Below, one piece after another: positions 30,626-38,998 of a DNA stretch of 39,792 nt. Below the pieces are notes generated by a model. The model was given only the letters and a program-made list of their open reading frames with translations. It was not told where the DNA came from and did no database searches. How positions within the stretch are numbered: position 1 is the first letter of the stretch; every line of letters starts with the position of its first letter. A program made the position numbers and the translations under genes. The stretch comes from Verrucomicrobiota bacterium (GTDB lineage: Bacteria; Verrucomicrobiota; Verrucomicrobiia; Limisphaerales; Palsa-1400). The DNA is taken from positions 1 through 39,792 of the forward strand of contig JBEKAN010000002.1 of the NCBI GenBank assembly GCA_050015895.1. The letters are read 5' to 3'.

Positions 30626-31384
30626 TCAGCGTTTTGGCTTCCTGAAGCAGAAGCAGGCCACCGGGTCCTTTGTCATCTCTGCGGATGCATACGCGACGGG
30701 AGTCGGAGTTAGAACACATGAATCCACTAGCTCCCAGCCCTTGAACAAACCGGCCGCTTGATGGTAGTCAAACCTCCGGTTGGCGTTAAATTCCAATATC
30801 TCTTCCGATCCAACAGGGACACTATAGACCACAATCCCGCCGGGCCGAATCACCCGCGCGATCTCCACCGCCGCATCCTCGGTTCCAGTCGGATTCAGCG
30901 GATCGCCATACCTTCCCAAGCCTATGTGCTCCAGGACACACATGGTTGTCAGGCAGGGGACTTGATTATCCTTGAATGGCAGGGTCAAAACTGATCCCTC
31001 CACGCACTCCAAACCCTTCAATTCGCTCTTAATTGGCCTGATATCAACCGAGACCCATCTGGCAAATTGGGAGAGAATTCCAACGAGTAACACTGTGGAG
31101 CCGACATCCACCCCCCATTCGGGTCGTTCGCGAAACACCTGTCGTGCGGCCCAGCAATCCTGATAGAAGTAATAGCCATGACCCGATTGAGACTCCTGCA
31201 AATCGTCCAAGCACGGATAGAAGCGCAGAGGTGTCCACCTGCCCGTCCTTTCAAGTTCGAGCCTCCGATAAGCTTTCAACTGCCCAAGGAGGCGCGGGAG
31301 GCCCAACAGCAAGCGGGGATGGGTGGCCAACATCTTGATGGAACCGAGACTCAAATGTTTTCGAAGCTTCGATTTTAATGTCAT
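30626..31384 (-). CDS. Class I SAM-dependent methyltransferase (DUF268-like, glycan O-methyltransferase candidate)
   Basis: Motifs: GHGYYFYQDCWAARQVF, WGVDVGSTVLLVGILSQFA, LPFKDNQVPCLTTMCVLEHIGLGRYGDPLNPTGTEDAAVEIARVIRPGGIVVYSVPVG. ATG at 31384. Confidence 0.75.
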   Translation of the reverse strand: MTLKSKLRKHLSLGSIKMLATHPRLLLGLPRLLGQLKAYRRLELERTGRWTPLRFYPCLDDLQESQSGHGYYFYQDCWAARQVFRERPEWGVDVGSTVLLVGILSQFARWVSVDIRPIKSELKGLECVEGSVLTLPFKDNQVPCLTTMCVLEHIGLGRYGDPLNPTGTEDAAVEIARVIRPGGIVVYSVPVGSEEILEFNANRRFDYHQAAGLFKGWELVDSCVLTPTPVAYASAEMTKDPVACFCFRKPKR

Positions 31385-32711
31385 AATGAGAAATCCAATT
31401 TCGGATTTTTTGCCCCAGCTTTGTCACCGTGACGGTTCCATCCGGTTCAACAGCCAGGCCGGAGGCGTCGCCGCGGGCCACAAATTCCGCGATCTCCCCG
31501 CCGATGGCCAGGGAGGCGGTGGCCGCCGGGCTTGGGGCGTTCAACACATGCAGGGCGCGGGGACGGCGCACGAGGCGGAAATCATGGATCAACTCGCCCT
31601 GGGGCGACATGGCCTGGGCGCGCACCCCCGCGCCGCCCGGCTCCAGGTCTTCCTCGCGGATTTCCGGCACCAGGCGCTGGAGCGCCTTGCAAAACAACCG
31701 GCGACTGAAGGATTTTTTCATTTCCTCCCAGCATAACCGCCGGTGTTTGAGGAGAAACCTCCACAGTCCCGAAAAGCTCAGGGCGTCATAAAAGTCCGGC
31801 AGATTCAGGTCGGTTTTGCGATAGCCCTCGCGAGCGAAGGCGAGCACGGCGTCCGGCCCGGCCTCCACCCCGCCTTCGATAAGCCGGGTGAAATGAACCC
31901 CCAAAAAGGGGAATTGCGGATCGGGCACGGGATAAATCAGGTTGCGCGCCAGAAATTGCCGCTCCGGTTTGATCTTGTAGTACTCCCCGCGGAAAGGAAC
32001 GATGCGCGCCTCGCGTTTCTCGCCCGCCAACACCGCCAGGCGGTCGCTCTGCAATCCGCCGCAAGTCACCAGATAATCCGCCTCCCAATCCCCCGCCGTG
32101 GTGCGCACGGTCCAAACGCCGGACCGCTCGCGCATTCCGACGACCCTGGCGCGGGTGACGACCCGTCCTCCGGCCTCCTGGATTTTGCGGGCCATGACGC
32201 GGCAGACGCCGGGATAGTCCACAATACCCTCCTGGGGCACATGCAACGCGGCAATGCCGCCGACGTGCGGCTCGATCTCCCGCATTTGGGCCTGGTCCAA
32301 CATCCGCAAACCCTGCAAGCCATTTTCCCGGCCGCGCTGGAAAAGATCGCGCAGCCGCTGCAATTCGCTTTCCTCCACCGCCACGACCAGTTTGCCGCAG
32401 ATTTCGTGCGCGACGCCGTTCTCCCGGCAGAAGGCGGTCATTTCACGAATGCCCGCCACCGCCAGGCGGGCCTTCAGCGAGCCGGGCTTGTAATACAGGC
32501 CGGAGTGCAACACGCCGCTGTTATGGCCCGATTGGTGCCGACCGACTTCCGGCTCCTTTTCCAGCACGACGATTTGAGAGCCGGGAAAGCGCCCGGCCAG
32601 CTTGAGAGCCGTGGCCAAGCCGACGAGGCCGCCGCCCACGACGAGGAATCGTCGCACGCGCGCGCCGGTTGGGGAGGGCCGCGCCTCCAAGATGTCAGCC
32701 GGGCCGGTCAT
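31251..32711 (-). CDS. lhgO: L-2-hydroxyglutarate oxidase-like FAD-dependent oxidoreductase, with an anomalous 72-aa C-terminal tail that overlaps the next gene
   Basis: The ATG at 32711 overlaps the upstream stop (ATGA). RFLVVGGGLVGLATALKLAG...VVLEKEPEVGRHQSGHNSGVLHSGLYYKPGSLKARL closely parallels the E. coli LhgO N-terminus. HVLNAPSPAATASLAIGGEIA lies near the normal C-terminus. The ORF then runs 134 nt into the methyltransferase gene. Confidence 0.8.
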   Translation of the reverse strand: MTGPADILEARPSPTGARVRRFLVVGGGLVGLATALKLAGRFPGSQIVVLEKEPEVGRHQSGHNSGVLHSGLYYKPGSLKARLAVAGIREMTAFCRENGVAHEICGKLVVAVEESELQRLRDLFQRGRENGLQGLRMLDQAQMREIEPHVGGIAALHVPQEGIVDYPGVCRVMARKIQEAGGRVVTRARVVGMRERSGVWTVRTTAGDWEADYLVTCGGLQSDRLAVLAGEKREARIVPFRGEYYKIKPERQFLARNLIYPVPDPQFPFLGVHFTRLIEGGVEAGPDAVLAFAREGYRKTDLNLPDFYDALSFSGLWRFLLKHRRLCWEEMKKSFSRRLFCKALQRLVPEIREEDLEPGGAGVRAQAMSPQGELIHDFRLVRRPRALHVLNAPSPAATASLAIGGEIAEFVARGDASGLAVEPDGTVTVTKLGQKIRNWISHYDIKIEASKTFESRFHQDVGHPSPLAVGPPAPPWAVESLSEART

Positions 32712-34177
32712 TTGAGCTTGGGCGATGGCAAAGACTTGGACCCCAGCAGCGCGCGACGGAAGGCGGGAAGAAGGAGGATGATGGCAACCACGACGATGCA
32801 AGATTTGACGGTCCAATTGACGACTTCATAGATGCCATCCTCGGCCTTCAGGGCGGAGAAGCCGATGTAGGGCATGATGGCCCACCATAAGGGCGATTTG
32901 AAGGCCTGCCGGCATACGAAACGAAAGAGCAAAGCGAAGGCCAGGGCATAGCAGGCGCATCCAATGACTCCGCCGTTCAAGCCGAAGTTGGCGTACATCT
33001 CGCCGGCGTAACCGAGGTTCATGCTGGTCGTCTCGGTGAGGATGACGCCGGCGTATTTCTCCATGTTGGCCCGTCCGCCCACGATCGCTTTGTTGGGGGC
33101 CAGGAAGCGGGGCAGAATGGAGCCAGCGAGCGCCGATTTCAAGGTTTCGCCCTCCGCATAAGGCTCCGTATCCGGGACGTGCTGCATCACCCGGTAAATG
33201 ATCCAGCCCTGGTTGTACCGCATCACGGTGTCCGACACAAAGTCCTCATCTAGAGCGCCATGCAAGGTGTGCCCCAAGCTTTGATATAGGAATGAGAGCC
33301 AGAGGGAGGTCCGGGAGAGTGTTTTGCCCATCGAAACTTGCTGGTCGGGGTCCTCCCATGTCACTTCGCGGAGTTGCCACTTTGACTCCTGCAAGGCGGG
33401 GATGAGGAGCATGGACAGAGCGCCCGCCAGAAGAACCGCGCGCCAGGAGGGCTTGAAGGTGTAGATCCAAATGGAGAATGTCCAAAGCGCCCAGAGGATC
33501 AAGGTGTGAAACATGGCGCTTTCGGCCGCCAGCAAGACCTCGACCGCGAGCACTAAGGCAAGTCGCCAGAACCATCCAGGCCCCCGGCAAATCATGCGGC
33601 CATAGACGCCAACAAAGCGCAGATTGCCCAGCAGCAAGAATACGAAGGCAAAGTTCGTTTTGCCAAAGCGGGGCGCCAGGATGCTGGCGGCAAACCCGAG
33701 CGCGAGGAGGATGTCCAAGTCCCATAATAATTGCCGGGACGGAGGCGCCTGGACCCGCGGCGGAGGCCGCAGTTTGGTCAGACCCAGACCCCAGGACAGA
33801 GCCAGGGCGACCACCACCGGGACCGCATAGGAAAGATAGCGATGGATGCCTTGGCCAATTTCGTAACTGGGATCCAGGGGCGGGTATTGGATGGAGAGCC
33901 AGGGGGCGATGACATATTGCAAGAGCGCCATGAACAGGGCGATGTGGGGAAAGGGGATGATGTATTGACAGGCATAGCGCATGTGGACGACGGTAACACC
34001 CAAAATGAAAAGACCGTATCCCACGTTCGGGGAGATGTCCCTGTACCAGGGCGCCAACGAGGCGGCCAGGGCCAGGCCCACGAACACCGCCAGCAGCCAT
34101 TGCCTGGGGGTCAGGAGCAAAAACAATCTGTCGCCGCCCACGGCGCCATCTGTGATTTTCAAGCCGCGATAAGCCAT
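32708..34177 (-). CDS. Polytopic membrane protein, probable Wzy-type glycan polymerase (or O-antigen ligase-like)
   Basis: At least 10 hydrophobic segments by eye plus a larger loop region (QESKWQLREVTWEDPDQQVSMGKTLSRT). It sits in a Wzx-containing glycan operon. ATG at 34177 (TTG at 34183 is the alternative). No motif-level family assignment was possible. Confidence 0.45.
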   Translation of the reverse strand: MAYRGLKITDGAVGGDRLFLLLTPRQWLLAVFVGLALAASLAPWYRDISPNVGYGLFILGVTVVHMRYACQYIIPFPHIALFMALLQYVIAPWLSIQYPPLDPSYEIGQGIHRYLSYAVPVVVALALSWGLGLTKLRPPPRVQAPPSRQLLWDLDILLALGFAASILAPRFGKTNFAFVFLLLGNLRFVGVYGRMICRGPGWFWRLALVLAVEVLLAAESAMFHTLILWALWTFSIWIYTFKPSWRAVLLAGALSMLLIPALQESKWQLREVTWEDPDQQVSMGKTLSRTSLWLSFLYQSLGHTLHGALDEDFVSDTVMRYNQGWIIYRVMQHVPDTEPYAEGETLKSALAGSILPRFLAPNKAIVGGRANMEKYAGVILTETTSMNLGYAGEMYANFGLNGGVIGCACYALAFALLFRFVCRQAFKSPLWWAIMPYIGFSALKAEDGIYEVVNWTVKSCIVVVAIILLLPAFRRALLGSKSLPSPKLK

Positions 34178-34179
34178 AA

Positions 34180-35400
34180 TCAAAATAAGTTCTCAGGCTT
34201 GCAGAGGCGCTGGACGACCGGGTCGAACCGGGATTCATAATTCCACTCATCCGCGATCCGCTTTCTTCCGCGCGCGCCCATCTGGCGTGCGGCTTCGGGA
34301 TTGGCAATGAACCAGCGCAAGGCCTTCGCCAGACTGGCGGGGTCCTCCGGATCGCAGGCCAGGCCGTATCCCGGCTCGACAAACATGCGTTTCCAATCGG
34401 GCAGATCGGAAACCAGGAGGGCAAGGCCGCAGGCCATGTACTCGAAGGCCTTGTTGGAGGCCCCCGCCATGCTTTGCTCGTTTGGGTCGCGGGCATTTCC
34501 GGGCATGAACGCCAGGCCGATGTCTGAGTTGCGACATTGGGCAAGCAGTTCGGCCCTTTGCGGGACTGCGCCGAGGTATTCGACTCTGCTTGAGAGACCG
34601 AGCCGGGCGGTTTCGGCCCTGATCTCGTCCACGTAGCCGGGGTGGCCGATGGTCTCATATCCAGCGAAACGAAGCAGAATGTTTTCCGGGAGTTGTGCAA
34701 GCGCCGAAAGCACCGCCAGTGGCAGGCGGACGGGAACTATAGTGCCGTGGTAGAAGAGAACAAGATTTCCCTCTCCCCTCTTCGTGGGGCGGGGGAAACT
34801 GGAAATCGCAACCCGGGGGTCTTGAGACGCGCCCGGATTTCCCTCCGTTAGAACTTCCTCAAGACTGGGACAATTCCAGACCGAGATGACAGGTTTTGTG
34901 GTGCGGGTCTGATCGGCGAGATGCCGGCCCCTCTGGTCGTTTGGAACGATGCAAAAGGCGGCGCGCCGGGCGAGTTTCTCGCGCGCCCAAAAGGCAAAGC
35001 GGATGGCGGTGGAAGCTGGCGGCGAATTGCTCGGGTCCGCCGGAAGGTCGTGCTCGTGGTAAGCGACGCGGACGCCGGGCCAATAACTCAAGGCCAGGGC
35101 GGCGGGGCAGGCCAGCATGTCGGACGCATAGATCCATTGTGGCCGCCAGCGAAAAAGCCAGAGGAAAGCCCAAAAGGCAAAGCGGAGGAAATGCAGTTTC
35201 TGACCCCAACCGGGCGGGCAGAATGGGAGACGGCGCACCTGGATGTTTGGATGCGGGGGAAACTCCAGTGAATCGGCCTTGCCGAGCGCCCCAATGCCCA
35301 GAATCGTCACTTGCCAGCCTTTGCCGGCGAGAATGCGCGAGCTGTGCTCAATGGGAGGGTAGCCGGCGGGGTTTGCGTATTGGAGGTAGAGAATGCGCAT
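34180..35400 (-). CDS. GT4-family glycosyltransferase
   Basis: Motifs: MRILYLQYANPAGYPPIEHSSRILAGKGWQV, LVLFYHGTIVPVR, LRFAGYETIGHPGYVDEIRAETARLGLSSRVEYLGAVP, GASNKAFEYMACGLALLVSDLPDW (EX7E-like region). Confidence 0.8.
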   Translation of the reverse strand: MRILYLQYANPAGYPPIEHSSRILAGKGWQVTILGIGALGKADSLEFPPHPNIQVRRLPFCPPGWGQKLHFLRFAFWAFLWLFRWRPQWIYASDMLACPAALALSYWPGVRVAYHEHDLPADPSNSPPASTAIRFAFWAREKLARRAAFCIVPNDQRGRHLADQTRTTKPVISVWNCPSLEEVLTEGNPGASQDPRVAISSFPRPTKRGEGNLVLFYHGTIVPVRLPLAVLSALAQLPENILLRFAGYETIGHPGYVDEIRAETARLGLSSRVEYLGAVPQRAELLAQCRNSDIGLAFMPGNARDPNEQSMAGASNKAFEYMACGLALLVSDLPDWKRMFVEPGYGLACDPEDPASLAKALRWFIANPEAARQMGARGRKRIADEWNYESRFDPVVQRLCKPENLF

Positions 35401-35406
35401 CTTAAT

Positions 35407-36333
35407 TCACCCTTCAGGTGGGGATTTTCGAAGCCACAAGCTGGAGGCCCTGTCTGATCCGACTGCCGGAAAAGCTCTGTGCCACTCCCATGGATGCAGC
35501 CTCTCCAGCCACGATGCAAATAATTCGATGCGATATTTCGCATTGTTCGCGAGGAAAGCCCTCAGCAGGTAGGCTTCGTTCCAACTCCTCCCGGCGAGCA
35601 CATCCCGCTCCGGGTATTCAAATGGCCAAAAGACATCATGAAAATGAATCAAGACCCCATCTTTCAGCAAAGGCAGAACGCGAAAAAGAACATCATTCAA
35701 ATCGCTCCCCACTTTCGACACGTGACTTCCATCAACAAACAAGACGTCGTTTCTTTCCAGTTCCTGAAAAGTACGATCCGGGACCTCCTGGACCCGCTTC
35801 TCTTGAATGACCACCCGTTCCTTGTCGCTTGCATGGAGCAGATTCACCAATCGGTCTGTGTCAGGCTCAATAAAAGTAAACTTCAATTTCTCCCCGAACA
35901 ACTCATCGCTCAAATCAAGGGCGAGTGCCGAACTGAAGCCGCTTCCGATCTCCACATAATTTCTCGGCCGGTTTTCCATGAGCATGGCGGCAAACACCGT
36001 TGCATCCTTGGAGAAAAAGTAGTCGTTCTCGATGTAATATCTTCGTGGAGGAGAGGACTTCCCGCCGAGATGGATCGTCGCCGATTGTTTACCCAAAGAG
36101 CCGACCAATTTCAACTGCTCGGCCTCCCGAATCCTGATCTCGGGAAGATCTGCCACATTTCCATCAAAAATCCTTTGCCTGTCACGCCGCAGTTCATTGG
36201 GGGATGGAATGGGGGAATAAAAGTGTCCCGGTGCACAGCATTGCGGAAACCTCATCTCCGCCCAGGTGGTGGCGAGCAGCCGCTGCAACCGAATCCCCAT
36301 CGGGACATGAACAAGCCAATTAATTCGCTTCAT
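35407..36333 (-). CDS. Class I SAM-dependent methyltransferase (Methyltransf_24 / CmcI-like)
   Basis: YVEIGSGFSSALALDLS...FIEPDTDRL...NDVLFVDGSHVSKVGSDLNDVLFRVLPLLKDGVLIHFHDVFWPFEYP. GC is markedly lower than in the neighbours. Confidence 0.7.
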   Translation of the reverse strand: MKRINWLVHVPMGIRLQRLLATTWAEMRFPQCCAPGHFYSPIPSPNELRRDRQRIFDGNVADLPEIRIREAEQLKLVGSLGKQSATIHLGGKSSPPRRYYIENDYFFSKDATVFAAMLMENRPRNYVEIGSGFSSALALDLSDELFGEKLKFTFIEPDTDRLVNLLHASDKERVVIQEKRVQEVPDRTFQELERNDVLFVDGSHVSKVGSDLNDVLFRVLPLLKDGVLIHFHDVFWPFEYPERDVLAGRSWNEAYLLRAFLANNAKYRIELFASWLERLHPWEWHRAFPAVGSDRASSLWLRKSPPEG

Positions 36334-36344
36334 AAGCTGGATAT

Positions 36345-37475
36345 TTAGCCAGGCAATTGCTCATCCGGCTCATTCTTTGGATCGCCCGTTCCCGTTTTTC
36401 GCCACCCCGCTAACGCGGCCCGCGTTCCTTCCAAACTTGCGTATCTCAACCAGCCAAGAAGATACCTGATCAAAACATATCCGTTTAGACCAAAAAGACT
36501 GGCCACTCTTTGCGCCCGGCTGACATAAGGAGAGGAGTTCCAATAGCGCAGCCGGCCAAAAAAGCCAAGCGTCCACCATTTTTGATGGATCGGAAGCGCC
36601 GCAATGTGTCCTTCAATCAAACTTTCCAGCTCGGCAAGCGATATCGGACTTAGACCCAATTTCTCCGTTGCGGTCCGAATGTCCCCGATGACGTTGATTG
36701 AGGTCGGCGGACGCCAACTTTCATTGTGCATCATCTGTAACGCTTGCCATTTGTAAAATGAAAGAGATAGATCCGCCCTTTGCCCCCTCCCGGTGAAACT
36801 CGTGCTTTGAGAATGACTGCGGTATTTCACCAGCGATTGATTCACTGTGTACAAGCCGCCAATCAGAAAGCCTCTAAACGAAAGAATCACGTCCTCATGC
36901 ATGACCCCCTCCCTGATTTTTCCGAACAGGTTCCAATTCTCTTTTGACCACGCCGCCGAGCAACCCAACAGACCAATCCGTGTGTGCTCCAGAAACAGGC
37001 GGACCAGCGCCGGGGGGGGCATGACGCCTCCTTTGTGTCCGCGCGGCAAAATGATGTCCGTGTGCGCTTCCATTCTCTCGCCGTTTTGGTCCATGGCGAT
37101 GATACCAGAAGCAATGCCCGCGGGACGCTCTTCCCTCACCCACGCCTCGGTGAGCACCGTTGTCCGTTCCGGAAGGGACACGTCGTCTCCCGCGGCCATG
37201 ATGATCAATTCCCCGCGCGCCATCTCCATGACAGCGTTGACATGCCCGCCAAGACCGAGATTCTGACGGTTCCGGTTAAGCACCAATTTGTGGGGTCCGG
37301 CATACGCCTCCGCCATCTGTTCCATGATTTCATACGTCCCATCCGGGGAGCAGTCATCGGAGAGGATGATTTCCAAGGGCGAATACCTTTGGGCCAGGGC
37401 ACCCTCCACGGCCTCGCGAATGAAGCGCTCTTGTTTGTAAGCAAAAAGAGCAAAGGTGACGAGAGGCTGTGACAT
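36345..37475 (-). CDS. GT2-family glycosyltransferase
   Basis: Motifs: VTFALFAYKQERFIREAVEGALAQRYSPLEIILSDDCSPDGTYEIM and IIMAAGDDV (DxD). Confidence 0.85.
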   Translation of the reverse strand: MSQPLVTFALFAYKQERFIREAVEGALAQRYSPLEIILSDDCSPDGTYEIMEQMAEAYAGPHKLVLNRNRQNLGLGGHVNAVMEMARGELIIMAAGDDVSLPERTTVLTEAWVREERPAGIASGIIAMDQNGERMEAHTDIILPRGHKGGVMPPPALVRLFLEHTRIGLLGCSAAWSKENWNLFGKIREGVMHEDVILSFRGFLIGGLYTVNQSLVKYRSHSQSTSFTGRGQRADLSLSFYKWQALQMMHNESWRPPTSINVIGDIRTATEKLGLSPISLAELESLIEGHIAALPIHQKWWTLGFFGRLRYWNSSPYVSRAQRVASLFGLNGYVLIRYLLGWLRYASLEGTRAALAGWRKTGTGDPKNEPDEQLPG

Positions 37476-37508
37476 GGCACTCCTTGGTTAATCAGTGGTG
37501 GTGGACGA

Positions 37509-38990
37509 TCAGGCGGCTGGTGGGTTCAGTTTTCGCAGCACTGTATCCCAGAGATTCACGCCCAGCAATTTTTGCAGCGCGAGCAGCGAGGCCACGCCCG
37601 CCGCGCACGTCGCGGCCGAACCGATGTAAAGAGCCCACACTTCCGGGAGAAAGCGGGTGCAGCCGAAAATGGCCCCCAGAATCAAAACCGCCGGTCCAAG
37701 AATCTTCAAGGCGCTGGGCGACCACCGGAAACCGGTCAGCCGCGAAACAACGCCCGCCATCATTGCGGTGTAAAAGCCATAAAGCAGGGCGAAAGCGACG
37801 CCCACCCCTTCCAGCTTCCACAGTCTCATGCACAAGAAAATCAAGCCGACATTGACCACGCCGCTCCATAGTTCCGTCAGCATGTACAAAAGGCTCTTTC
37901 CCTTGGCGATCAGCACATAGCCCAGCGGCCAGCTCACCACGCGCAAAAACACTCCGAGAACCTGCCAGCGCGCCACTTCCGCCCCCTGCACAAAGGCGCC
38001 CGAGTAGAACACTTTCATCACCCACGGGGCCAGGGTCAGCGTGGCGAGCACGCCAGGCACCGCAATCAGGACACCCATCTCGGACTGTTCGTTGACCAGC
38101 CGGTTCATGGTGGCGTGGTCCTGCGAGGCGGCCGTCAGGCGTGGCATGAAATCCGTTCCCATGGCGGTGAGCACAAAGCCGACGTAATAGGAGGATAGCG
38201 TCCAGGTCGCGGTGTAAATGCCCACGGCCTCCATGCCCAGTTGGCGTTGCACCAGCACCCGCGTCAGGTAAGCAGTTCCGCTCCCAATCAAGGCCGACAC
38301 CGTGAACGCCAGCCCGAGCGCCAGCAGACCGCGCGAATCCGCAAGGGTCTCCCGCCACGTGACCGCGACCGGCCGCACCGGCACCCGCCGCGCATACCAC
38401 CAGGAGAGCAGAAGAGTAAATGCTGAAATAACCACAAGGTAAGGAACGATGCCCCTTTGCCCTAGCCACCACACCAGCGCGACACTCACCAACGCTCCAA
38501 AGACCGCCCCCAAAACCTGGGACATCGCCAGGTCTCGGAGACGGCGCAAGCCCTGCAACAAGGCGCTTTGCCCCGCCGAAATGCCGCCGAACAGGAGCGT
38601 CACGGACATCAGGGCAATGCCAAAAACATGTTTGTCATCTCCAAAAGTCGCGCCGCTCAACAACGGAGCCAACGCCAAAAGGATCACCATGCCAACCACC
38701 CCGGAAATCACAGCGACACGGCGAACGGTGATGATGGTTCGAGCAATCCTGTTTTCATCATTGGTACCGGCGGCCACGGCAATCTGTCGCACCCCGCTGG
38801 CATTGATGCCCAGGCCCGCCACGGAACCGACTAGACCCGAGGCCGACATGTAGAGTCCGGCCAGCCCCATGCCCGCCGGCCCCAGCAGCACGGCCAGGGC
38901 CTTGGTACGGACCACGCCAATGCCCATGTTGATGACCTGCGCCCCGCCGATGAGCGCCGTACTCTTGAAAATTTGCCTGTGCGATGACAT
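37509..38990 (-). CDS. wzx: Wzx-type oligosaccharide flippase (MOP/PST superfamily)
   Basis: MSSHRQIFKSTALIGGAQVINMGIGVVRTKALAVLLGPAGMGLAGLY plus about 14 hydrophobic segments, the typical O-antigen translocase N-terminus. Confidence 0.85.
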   Translation of the reverse strand: MSSHRQIFKSTALIGGAQVINMGIGVVRTKALAVLLGPAGMGLAGLYMSASGLVGSVAGLGINASGVRQIAVAAGTNDENRIARTIITVRRVAVISGVVGMVILLALAPLLSGATFGDDKHVFGIALMSVTLLFGGISAGQSALLQGLRRLRDLAMSQVLGAVFGALVSVALVWWLGQRGIVPYLVVISAFTLLLSWWYARRVPVRPVAVTWRETLADSRGLLALGLAFTVSALIGSGTAYLTRVLVQRQLGMEAVGIYTATWTLSSYYVGFVLTAMGTDFMPRLTAASQDHATMNRLVNEQSEMGVLIAVPGVLATLTLAPWVMKVFYSGAFVQGAEVARWQVLGVFLRVVSWPLGYVLIAKGKSLLYMLTELWSGVVNVGLIFLCMRLWKLEGVGVAFALLYGFYTAMMAGVVSRLTGFRWSPSALKILGPAVLILGAIFGCTRFLPEVWALYIGSAATCAAGVASLLALQKLLGVNLWDTVLRKLNPPAA

Positions 38991-38998
38991 TGGTTAAA

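Noticed and set aside
30591-30719. ATG at 30719 as the start of the GT11-like gene.
   Set aside because: It would overlap the upstream methyltransferase by 94 nt and add a poorly plausible Arg/Asp-rich leader. GTG 30590 lies 35 nt after the upstream stop and just before the GLGNKL motif. This remains uncertain.
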